This document shows positions 39,824 to 52,900 of a DNA stretch of 64,000 bases, piece after piece. The stretch is from Auanema rhodensis. Lineage: Eukaryota > Animalia > Nematoda. Both the position numbers and the translations under genes were made by a program. The notes beneath the pieces are model-generated. The model worked only from the letters and a program-made list of their open reading frames with translations. It had not been told where the DNA came from and did no database searches. Positions within the stretch are counted from its first letter, which is position 1. Each line of letters opens with the position of its first letter. The DNA lies in assembly GCA_964057225.1 (NCBI GenBank), contig OZ059900.1, positions 23,560,001 through 23,624,000 on the forward strand, written 5' to 3'.

Positions 39824-40291
39824 TTAATACAATACGACTTAGCTTACTCAATCATATCAAGCTTCATGAACAGGGACTGCTTGTGTAATAGATGATAGCA
39901 ATGATAGTTTCGTTTTTTTTTTTAATTAACTTTCCAGTACGCGAGTTATAATATTTAGAACGCGATTCCTTGATAATGAAAAACTTTCAGAGCCTGCACT
40001 GATAATATAATTGGAAACAGGCAGTACGCAATACGCAAACATTTGAATGACAGCTTTATTACAATACGACTTAGTTTACTCAATTATATCAAGCTTCATG
40101 AACACGGACTGCTTGTGTAATATATAATAGCAATAATAGTTTCGTTTCTGTTTTTAATTAACTTTCCTGTACGCGAGTTATAATATTTAGAACGTGATTC
40201 CTTGATTATGAAAAACTTTCAGAGCCTGCACTGATAATATAATTGGAAACAGGCAGTACGCAATACGCAAACATTTGATGACAGCTTTATT

Positions 40292-41662
40292 ACAATACGA
40301 CTTAGTTTACTCAATTATATCAAGCTTCATGAACACGGACTGCTTGTGCAATAGATGATAGCAATGATAGTTTCGTTTCTTTTTTTAATTAACTTTCCAG
40401 TACGCGAGTTATAATATTTAGAACGCGATTCCTTGATAATGAAAAACTTTCAGAGCCTGCACTGATAATATAATTGGAAACAGGCAGTACGCAATACGCA
40501 AACATTTGAATGACAGCTGTATTACAATACGACTTAGTTTACTCAATTATATCAAGCTTCATGAACACGGACTGCTTGTGTAATATATAATAGCAATAAT
40601 AGTTTCGTTTCTGTTTTTAATTAACTTTCCTGTACGCGAGTTATCATATTTAGAACGCGATTGCTTCATAATGAAAAATGTTTAGAGCCTGCACTGATAA
40701 TATAACTGGCAACAGGCAATACGCAAACATTTGAATGACAGCTTTATTACAATACGACTTAGTTTACTCAATCATATCAAGCTTCATGAACACGGACTGT
40801 TTGTGCAATAGATGATAGCAATGATAGTTTCGTTTCTTTTTTTAATTAACTTTCCAGTACGCGAGTTATAATATTTAGAACGCGATTCCTTGATAATGAA
40901 AAACTTTCAGAGCCTGCACTGATAATATAATTGGAAACAGGCAGTACGCAATACGCAAACATTTGAATGACAGCTGTATTACAATACGACTTAGTTTACT
41001 CAATTATATCAAGCTTCATGAACACGGACTGCTTGTGTAATATATAATAGCAATAATAGTTTCGTTTCTGTTTTTAATTAACTTTCCTGTACGCGAGTTA
41101 TCATATTTAGAACGCGATTGCTTCATAATGAAAAATGTTTAGAGCCTGCACTGATAATATAACTGGCAACAGGCAATACGCAAACATTTGAATGACAGCT
41201 TTATTACAATACGACTTAGTTTACTCAATCATATCAAGCTTCATGAACACGGACTGTTTGTGCAATAGATGATAGCAATGATAGTTTCGTTTCTTTTTTT
41301 AATTAACTTTCCAGTACGCGAGTTATAATATTTAGAACGCGATTCCTTGATAATGAAAAACTTTCAGAGCCTGCACTGATAATATAATTGGAAACAGGCA
41401 GTACGCAATACGCAAACATTTGAATGACAGCTTTATTACAATACGACTTAGTTTACTCAATTATATCAAGCTTCATGAACACGGACTGCTTGTGTAATAT
41501 ATAATAGCAATAATAGTTTCGTTTCTGTTTTTAATTAACTTTCCTGTGCGCGAGTTATCATATTTAGAACGCGATTGCTTCATAATGAAAAATGTTTAGA
41601 GCCTGCACTGATAATATAACTGGCAACAGGCAATACGCAAACATTTGAATGACAGCTTTATT
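40292..41662 (+). repeat. Sat232 dimer (232+225 = 457 bp) x3
   Basis: GTGCAATAGATGATAG-type 232-mers (40292, 40749, 41206) alternate with TTATCAT/ACTGGCAAC-type 225-mers (40524, 40981, 41438). Confidence 0.85.
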
Positions 41663-43975
41663 ACAATACGACTTAGTTTACTCAATCATATCAAGCTTCA
41701 TGAACACGGACTGTTTGTGCAATAGATGATAGCAATGATAATTTCGTTTCTGTTTTTAATTAACTTTCCTGTACGCGAGTTATAATATTTAGAACGTGAT
41801 TCCTTGATTATGAAAAACTTTCAGAGCCTGCACTGATAATATAATTGGAAACAGGCAGTACGCAATACGCAAACATTTGAATGACAGCTTTATTACAATA
41901 CGACTTAGTTTACTCAATTATATCAAGCTTCATGAACACGGACTGCTTGTGTAATATATAATAGCAATAATAGTTTCGTTTCTGTTTTTAATTAACTTTC
42001 CAGTACGCGAGGTATAATATTTAGAACGCGATTCCTTGATAATGAAAAACTTTCAGAGCCTGCACTGATAATATAATTGGAAACAGGCAGTACGCAATAC
42101 GCAAATATTTGAATGACAGCTTTATTACAATACGACTTAGTTTACTCAATTATATCAAGCTTCATGAACACGGACTGCTTGTGTAATATATAATAACAAT
42201 AATAGTTTCGTTTCTGTTTTTAATTAACTTTCCTGTACGCGAGTTATAATATTTAGAACGTGATTCCTTGATTATGAAAAACTTTCAGAGCCTGCACTGA
42301 TAATATAACTGGAAACAGGCAGTACGCAATACGCAAACATTTGAATGACAGCTTTATTACAATACGACTCAGTTTACTCAATTATATCAAGCTTCATGAA
42401 CACGGACTGCTTGTGTAATATATAATAGCAATAATAGTTTCGTTTCTGTTTTTAATTAACTTTCCTGTACGCGAGTTATAATATTTAGAACGTGATTCCT
42501 TGATTATGAAAAACTTTCAGAGCCTGCACTGATAATATAATTGGAAACAGGCAGTACGCAATACGCAAACATTTGAATGACAGCTTTATTACAATACGAC
42601 TTAGTTTACTCAATTATATCAAGCTTCATGAACACGGACTGCTTGTGTAATATATAATAGCAATAATAGTTTCGTTTCTGTTTTTAATTAACTTTCCTGT
42701 ACGCGAGTTATCATATTTAGAACGCGATTGCTTCATAATGAAAAATGTTTAGAGCCTGCACTGATAATATAACTGGCAACAGGCAATACGCAAACATTTG
42801 AATGACAGCTTTATTACAATACGACTTAGTTTACTCAATCATACCAATCTTCATGAACACGGACTGTTTGTGTAATAGATAATAGCAATAATAGTTTCGT
42901 TTCTGTTTTTAATTAACTTTCCTGTACGCGAGTTATAATATTTAGAACGTGATTCCTTGATTATGAAAAATTTTTAGAGCCTGCACTGATAATATAACTG
43001 GAAACAGGCAGTACGCGATACGCAAATATTTGAATGACAGCTTTATTACAATACGACTTAGTTTACTCAATTATATCAAGCTTCATGAACACGGACTGCT
43101 TGTGTAATATATAATAGCAATAATAGTTTCGTTTCTGTTTTTAATTAACTTTCCTGTACGCGAGTTATAATATTTAGAACGTGATTCCTTGATTATGAAA
43201 AACTTTCAGAGCCTGCACTGATAATATAATTGGAAACAGGCAGTACGCAATACGCAAACATTTGAATGACAGCTTTATTACAATACGACTTAGTTTACTC
43301 AATTATATCAAGCTTCATGAACACGGACTGCTTGTGTAATATATAATAGCAATAATAGTTTCGTTTCTGTTTTTAATTAACTTTCCTGTACGCGAGTTAT
43401 AATATTTAGAACGTGATTCCTTGATTATGAAAAACTTTCAGAGCCTGCACTGATAATATAATTGGAAACAGGCAGTACGCAATACGCAAACATTTGAATG
43501 ACAGCTTTATTACAATACGACTCAGTTTACTCAATTATATCAAGCTTCATGAACACGGACTGCTTGTGTAATATATAATAGCAATAATAGTTTCGTTTCT
43601 GTTTTTAATTAACTTTCCTGTACGCGAGTTATAATATTTAGAACGTGATTCCTTGATTATGAAAAACTTTCAGAGCCTGCACTGATAATATAATTGGAAA
43701 CAGGCAGTACGCAATACGCAAACATTTGAATGACAGCTTTAATACAATACGACTTAGTTTACTCAATTATATCAAGCTTCATGAACACGGACTGCTTGTG
43801 TAATATATAATAGCAATAATAGTTTCGTTTCTGTTTTTAATTAACTTTCCTGTACGCGAGTTATAATATTTAGAACGTGATTCCTTGATTATGAAAAACT
43901 TTCAGAGCCTGCACTGATAATATAATTGGAAACAGGCAGTACGCAATACGCAAACATTTGAATGACAGCTTTAAT

Positions 43976-46900
43976 ACAATACGACTTAGCTTACTCAATC
44001 ATATCAAGCTTCATGAACAGGGACTGTTTGTGTAATAGATGATAGCAATGATAGTTTCGTTTCTTTTTTTAATTAACTTTCCAGTACGCGAGTTATCATA
44101 TTTAGAACGCGATTGCTTCATAATGAAAAATGTTTAGAGCCTGCACTGATAATATAACTGGAAACAGGCAGTACGCGATACGCAAATATTTGAATGACAG
44201 CTTTATTACAATACGACTTAGTTTACTCAATTATATCAAGCTTCATGAACACGGACTGCTTGTGTAATATATAATAGCAATAATAGTTTCGTTTCTGTTT
44301 TTAATTAACTTTCCTGTACGCGAGTTATAATATTTAGAACGTGATTCCTTGATTATGAAAAACTTTCAGAGCCTGCACTGATAATATAATTGGAAACAGG
44401 CAGTACGCAATACGCAAACATTTGAATGACAGCTTTATTACAATACGACTTAGTTTACTCAATTATATCAAGCTTCATGAACACGGACTGCTTGTGTAAT
44501 ATATAATAGCAATAATAGTTTCGTTTCTGTTTTTAATTAACTTTCCTGTACGCGAGTTGTAATATTTAGAACGTGATTCCTTGATTATGAAAAACTTTCA
44601 GAGCCTGCACTGATAATATAATTGGAAACAGGCAGTACGCAATACGCAAACATTTGAATGACAGCTTTATTACAATACGACTTAGTTTACTCAATTATAT
44701 CAAGCTTCATGAACACGGACTGCTTGTGTAATATATAATAGCAATAATAGTTTCGTTTCTGTTTTTAATTAACTTTCCTGTACGCGAGTTATAATATTTA
44801 GAACGTGATTCCTTGATTATGAAAAACTTTCAGAGCCTGCACTGATAATATAACTGGAAACAGGCAGTACGCAATACGCAAACATTTGAATGACAGCTTT
44901 ATTACAATACGACTCAGTTTACTCAATTATATCAAGCTTCATGAACACGGACTGCTTGTGTAATAGATAATAGCAATAATAGTTTCGTTTCTGTTTTTAA
45001 TTAACTTTCCTGTACGCGAGTTATAAAATTTAGAACGTGATTCCTTGATTATGAAAAATTTTTAGAGCCTGCACTGATAATATAACTGGAAACAGGCAGT
45101 ACGCGATACGCAAATATTTGAATGACAGCTTTATTACAATACGACTTAGTTTACTCAATTATATCAAGCTTCATGAACACGGACTGCTTGTGTAATATAT
45201 AATAGCAATAATAGTTTCGTTTCTGTTTTTAATTAACTTTCCTGTACGCGAGTTATAATATTTAGAACGTGATTCCTTGATTATGAAAAACTTTCAGAGC
45301 CTGCACTGATAATATAATTGGAAACAGGCAGTACGCAATACGCAAACATTTGAATGACAGCTTTATTACAATACGACTTAGTTTACTCAATTATATCAAG
45401 CTTCATGAACACGGACTGCTTGTGTAATATATAATAGCAATAATAGTTTCGTTTCTGTTTTTAATTAACTTTCCTGTACGCGAGTTATAATATTTAGAAC
45501 GTGATTCCTTGATTATGAAAAACTTTCAGAGCCTGCACTGATAATATAATTGGAAACAGGCAGTACGCAAACATTTGAATGACAGCTTTATTACAATACG
45601 ACTTAGTTTACTCAATTATATCAAGCTTCATGAACACGGACTGCTTGTGTAATATATAATAGCAATAATAGTTTCGTTTCTGTTTTTAATTAACTTTCCT
45701 GTACGCGAGTTATAATATTTAGAACGTGATTCCTTGATTATGAAAAACTTTCAGAGCCTGCACTGATAATATAATTGGAAACAGGCAGTACGCAATACGC
45801 AAACATTTGAATGACAGCTTTAATACAATACGACTTAGTTTACTCAATCATACCAATCTTCATGAACACGGACTGTTTGTGTAATAGATAATAGCAATGA
45901 TAATTTCGTTTCTTTTTTCAATTAACTTTCCAGTACGCGAGTTATTATATTTAGAACGTGATTCCTTCATAATGAAAAATTTTTAGAGCCTGCACTGATA
46001 ATATAACTGGAAACAGGCAATACTAAAACATTTGAATGACAGCTTTATTACAATACGACTTAGTTTACTCAATCATATCAAGCTTCATGAACACGGACTG
46101 CTTGTGTAATATATAATAGCAATAATAGTTTCGTTTCTGTTTTTAATTAACTTTCCTGTACGCGAGTTATAATATTTAGAACGTGATTCCTTGATTATGA
46201 AAAACTTTCAGAGCCTGCACTGATAATATAATTGGAAACAGGCAGTACGCAAACATTTGAATGACAGCTTTATTACAATACGACTTAGTTTACTCAATTA
46301 TATCAAGCTTCATGAACACGGACTGTTTGTGCAATAGATGATAGCAATGATAGTTTCGTTTCTTTTTTTAATTAACTTTCCAGTACGCGAGTTATAATAT
46401 TTAGAACGCGATTCCTTGATAATGAAAAACTTTCAGAGCCTGCACTGATAATATAATTGGAAACAGGCAGTACGCAATACGCAAACATTTGAATGACAGC
46501 TTTATTACAATACGACTTAGTTTACTCAATTATATCAAGCTTCATGAACACGGACTGCTTGTGTAATATATAATAGCAATAATAGTTTCGTTTCTGTTTT
46601 TAATTAACTTTCCTGTACGCGAGTTATAATATTTAGAACGTGATTCCTTGATTATGAAAAACTTTCAGAGCCTGCACTGATAATATAATTGGAAACAGGC
46701 AGTACGCAATACGCAAACATTTGAATGACAGCTTTAATACAATACGACTTAGTTTACTCAATTATATCAAGCTTCATGAACACGGACTGCTTGTGTAATA
46801 TATAATAGCAATAATAGTTTCGTTTCTGTTTTTAATTAACTTTCCTGTACGCGAGTTATAATATTTAGAACGTGATTCCTTGATTATGAAAAACTTTCAG

Positions 46901-49900
46901 AGCCTGCACTGATAATATAATTGGAAACAGGCAGTACGCAATACGCAAACATTTGAATGACAGCTTTATTACAATACGACTTAGTTTACTCAATTATATC
47001 AAGCTTCATGAACACGGACTGCTTGTGTAATATATAATAGCAATAATAGTTTCGTTTCTGTTTTTAATTAACTTTCCTGTACGCGAGTTATAATATTTAG
47101 AACGTGATTCCTTGATTATGAAAAACTTTCAGAGCCTGCACTGATAATATAATTGGAAACAGGCAGTACGCAATACGCAAACATTTGAATGACAGCTTTA
47201 ATACAATACGACTTAGTTTACTCAATTATATCAAGCTTCATGAACACGGACTGCTTGTGTAATATATAATAGCAATAATAGTTTCGTTTCTGTTTTTAAT
47301 TAACTTTCCTGTACGCGAGTTATAATATTTAGAACGTGATTCCTTGATTATGAAAAACTTTCAGAGCCTGCACTGATAATATAATTGGAAACAGGCAGTA
47401 CGCAATACGCAAACATTTGAATGACAGCTTTAATACAATACGACTTAGCTTACTCAATCATATCAAGCTTCATGAACAGGGACTGTTTGTGTAATAGATG
47501 ATAGCAATGATAGTTTCGTTTCTTTTTTTAATTAACTTTCCAGTACGCGAGTTATCATATTTAGAACGCGATTGCTTCATAATGAAAAATGTTTAGAGCC
47601 TGCACTGATAATATAACTGGAAACAGGCAGTACGCGATACGCAAATATTTGAATGACAGCTTTATTACAATACGACTTAGTTTACTCAATTATATCAAGC
47701 TTCATGAACACGGACTGCTTGTGTAATATATAATAGCAATAATAGTTTCGTTTCTGTTTTTAATTAACTTTCCTGTACGCGAGTTGTAATATTTAGAACG
47801 TGATTCCTTGATTATGAAAAACTTTCAGAGCCTGCACTGATAATATAATTGGAAACAGGCAGTACGCAATACGCAAACATTTGAATGACAGCTTTATTAC
47901 AATACGACTTAGTTTACTCAATTATATCAAGCTTCATGAACACGGACTGCTTGTGTAATATATAATAGCAATAATAGTTTCGTTTCTGTTTTTAATTAAC
48001 TTTCCTGTACGCGAGTTGTAATATTTAGAACGTGATTCCTTGATTATGAAAAACTTTCAGAGCCTGCACTGATAATATAATTGGAAACAGGCAGTACGCA
48101 ATACGCAAACATTTGAATGACAGCTTTATTACAATACGACTTAGTTTACTCAATTATATCAAGCTTCATGAACACGGACTGCTTGTGTAATATATAATAG
48201 CAATAATAGTTTCGTTTCTGTTTTTAATTAACTTTCCTGTACGCGAGTTATAATATTTAGAACGTGATTCCTTGATTATGAAAAACTTTCAGAGCCTGCA
48301 CTGATAATATAACTGGAAACAGGCAGTACGCAATACGCAAACATTTGAATGACAGCTTTATTACAATACGACTCAGTTTACTCAATTATATCAAGCTTCA
48401 TGAACACGGACTGCTTGTGTAATAGATAATAGCAATAATAGTTTCGTTTCTGTTTTTAATTAACTTTCCTGTACGCGAGTTATAAAATTTAGAACGTGAT
48501 TCCTTGATTATGAAAAATTTTTAGAGCCTGCACTGATAATATAACTGGAAACAGGCAGTACGCGATACGCAAATATTTGAATGACAGCTTTATTACAATA
48601 CGACTTAGTTTACTCAATTATATCAAGCTTCATGAACACGGACTGCTTGTGTAATATATAATAGCAATAATAGTTTCGTTTCTGTTTTTAATTAACTTTC
48701 CTGTACGCGAGTTATAATATTTAGAACGTGATTCCTTGATTATGAAAAACTTTCAGAGCCTGCACTGATAATATAATTGGAAACAGGCAGTACGCAATAC
48801 GCAAACATTTGAATGACAGCTTTATTACAATACGACTTAGTTTACTCAATTATATCAAGCTTCATGAACACGGACTGCTTGTGTAATATATAATAGCAAT
48901 AATAGTTTCGTTTCTGTTTTTAATTAACTTTCCTGTACGCGAGTTATAATATTTAGAACGTGATTCCTTGATTATGAAAAACTTTCAGAGCCTGCACTGA
49001 TAATATAATTGGAAACAGGCAGTACGCAAACATTTGAATGACAGCTTTATTACAATACGACTTAGTTTACTCAATTATATCAAGCTTCATGAACACGGAC
49101 TGCTTGTGTAATATATAATAGCAATAATAGTTTCGTTTCTGTTTTTAATTAACTTTCCTGTACGCGAGTTATAATATTTAGAACGTGATTCCTTGATTAT
49201 GAAAAACTTTCAGAGCCTGCACTGATAATATAATTGGAAACAGGCAGTACGCAATACGCAAACATTTGAATGACAGCTTTAATACAATACGACTTAGTTT
49301 ACTCAATCATACCAATCTTCATGAACACGGACTGTTTGTGTAATAGATAATAGCAATGATAATTTCGTTTCTTTTTTCAATTAACTTTCCAGTACGCGAG
49401 TTATTATATTTAGAACGTGATTCCTTCATAATGAAAAATTTTTAGAGCCTGCACTGATAATATAACTGGAAACAGGCAATACTAAAACATTTGAATGACA
49501 GCTTTATTACAATACGACTTAGTTTACTCAATCATATCAAGCTTCATGAACACGGACTGCTTGTGTAATATATAATAGCAATAATAGTTTCGTTTCTGTT
49601 TTTAATTAACTTTCCTGTACGCGAGTTATAATATTTAGAACGTGATTCCTTGATTATGAAAAACTTTCAGAGCCTGCACTGATAATATAATTGGAAACAG
49701 GCAGTACGCAAACATTTGAATGACAGCTTTATTACAATACGACTTAGTTTACTCAATTATATCAAGCTTCATGAACACGGACTGCTTGTGTAATATATAA
49801 TAGCAATAATAGTTTCGTTTCTGTTTTTAATTAACTTTCCTGTACGCGAGTTATAATATTTAGAACGTGATTCCTTGATTATGAAAAACTTTCAGAGCCT

Positions 49901-52900
49901 GCACTGATAATATAATTGGAAACAGGCAGTACGCAATACGCAAACATTTGAATGACAGCTTTAATACAATACGACTTAGTTTACTCAATTATATCAAGCT
50001 TCATGAACACGGACTGCTTGTGTAATATATAATAGCAATAATAGTTTCGTTTCTGTTTTTAATTAACTTTCCTGTACGCGAGTTATAATATTTAGAACGT
50101 GATTCCTTGATTATGAAAAACTTTCAGAGCCTGCACTGATAATATAATTGGAAACAGGCAGTACGCAATACGCAAACATTTGAATGACAGCTGTATTACA
50201 ATACGACTTAGTTTACTCAATTATATCAAGCTTCATGAACACGGACTGCTTGTGTAATATATAATAGCAATAATAGTTTCGTTTCTGTTTTTAATTAACT
50301 TTCCTGTACGCGAGTTATCATATTTAGAACGCGATTGCTTCATAATGAAAAATGTTTAGAGCCTGCACTGATAATATAACTGGCAACAGGCAATACGCAA
50401 ACATTTGAATGACAGCTTTATTACAATACGACTTAGTTCACTCAATCATATCAAGCTTCATGAACACGGACTGTTTGTGCAATAGATGATAGCAATGATA
50501 GTTTCGTTTCTTTTTTTAATTAACTTTCCAGTACGCGAGTTATAATATTTAGAACGCGATTCCTTGATAATGAAAAACTTTCAGAGCCTGCACTGATAAT
50601 ATAATTGGAAACAGGCAGTACGCAATACGCAAACATTTGAATGACAGCTTTATTACAATACGACTTAGTTTACTCAATTATATCAAGCTTCATGAACACG
50701 GACTGCTTGTGTAATATATAATAGCAATAATAGTTTCGTTTCTGTTTTTAATTAACTTTCCTGTACGCGAGTTATAATATTTAGAACGTGATTCCTTGAT
50801 TATGAAAAACTTTCAGAGCCTGCACTGATAATATAATTGGAAACAGGCAGTACGCAATACGCAAACATTTGAATGACAGCTTTAATACAATACGACTTAG
50901 TTTACTCAATTATATCAAGCTTCATGAACACGGACTGCTTGTGTAATATATAATAGCAATAATAGTTTCGTTTCTGTTTTTAATTAACTTTCCTGTACGC
51001 GAGTTATAATATTTAGAACGTGATTCCTTGATTATGAAAAACTTTCAGAGCCTGCACTGATAATATAATTGGAAACAGGCAGTACGCAATACGCAAACAT
51101 TTGAATGACAGCTTTATTACAATACGACTTAGTTTACTCAATTATATCAAGCTTCATGAACACGGACTGCTTGTGTAATATATAATAGCAATAATAGTTT
51201 CGTTTCTGTTTTTAATTAACTTTCCTGTACTTGAGTTATAATATTTAGAACGTGATTCCTTGATTATGAAAAACTTTCAGAGCCTGCACTGATAATATAA
51301 TTGGAAACAGGCAGTACGCAATACGCAAACATTTGAATGACAGCTTTATTACAATACGACTTAGTTTACTCAATTATATCAAGCTTCATGAACACGGACT
51401 GCTTGTGTAATATATAATAGCAATAATAGTTTCGTTTCTGTTTTTAATTAACTTTCCTGTACGCGAGTTATAATATTTAGAACGTGATTCCTTGATTATG
51501 AAAAACTTTCAGAGCCTGCACTGATAATATAATTGGAAACAGGCAGTACGCAATACGCAAACATTTGAATGACAGCTTTATTACAATACGACTCAGTTTA
51601 CTCAATTATATCAAGCTTCATGAACACGGACTGCTTGTGTAATATATAATAGCAATAATAGTTTCGTTTCTGTTTTTAATTAACTTTCCTGTACGCGAGT
51701 TATAATATTTAGAACGTGATTCCTTGATTATGAAAAACTTTCAGAGCCTGCACTGATAATATAATTGGAAACAGGCAGTACGCAATACGCAAACATTTGA
51801 ATGACAGCTTTAATACAATACGACTTAGTTTACTCAATTATATCAAGCTTCATGAACACGGACTGCTTGTGTAATATATAATAGCAATAATAGTTTCGTT
51901 TCTGTTTTTAATTAACTTTCCTGTACGCGAGTTATAATATTTAGAACGTGATTCCTTGATTATGAAAAACTTTCAGAGCCTGCACTGATAATATAATTGG
52001 AAACAGGCAATACGCAATACGCAAACATTTGAATGACAGCTTTAATACAATACGACTTAGCTTACTCAATCATATCAAGCTTCATGAACAGGGACTGTTT
52101 GTGTAATAGATGATAGCAATGATAGTTTCGTTTCTTTTTTTAATTAACTTTCCAGTACGCGAGTTATCATATTTAGAACGCGATTGCTTCATAATGAAAA
52201 ATGTTTAGAGCCTGCACTGATAATATAACTGGAAACAGGCAGTACGCGATACGCAAATATTTGAATGACAGCTTTATTACAATACGACTTAGTTTACTCA
52301 ATTATATCAAGCTTCATGAACACGGACTGCTTGTGTAATATATAATAGCAATAATAGTTTCGTTTCTGTTTTTAATTAACTTTCCTGTACGCGAGTTATA
52401 ATATTTAGAACGTGATTCCTTGATTATGAAAAACTTTCAGAGCCTGCACTGATAATATAATTGGAAACAGGCAGTACGCAATACGCAAACATTTGAATGA
52501 CAGCTTTATTACAATACGACTTAGTTTACTCAATTATATCAAGCTTCATGAACACGGACTGCTTGTGTAATATATAATAGCAATAATAGTTTCGTTTCTG
52601 TTTTTAATTAACTTTCCTGTACGCGAGTTGTAATATTTAGAACGTGATTCCTTGATTATGAAAAACTTTCAGAGCCTGCACTGATAATATAATTGGAAAC
52701 AGGCAGTACGCAATACGCAAACATTTGAATGACAGCTTTATTACAATACGACTTAGTTTACTCAATTATATCAAGCTTCATGAACACGGACTGCTTGTGT
52801 AATATATAATAGCAATAATAGTTTCGTTTCTGTTTTTAATTAACTTTCCTGTACGCGAGTTATAATATTTAGAACGCGATTCCTTGATTATGAAAAACTT

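Noticed and set aside
39670-40100. Common ancestry of Sat342 and Sat232 (shared TGAACAC, ACGACT words)
   Set aside because: Only 6-7 bp matches with no colinear alignment, which is expected by chance in AT-rich DNA.
40106-40240. TATAAT/TATA-like words as promoters
   Set aside because: These are expected in AT-rich repeats, and there is no downstream gene.
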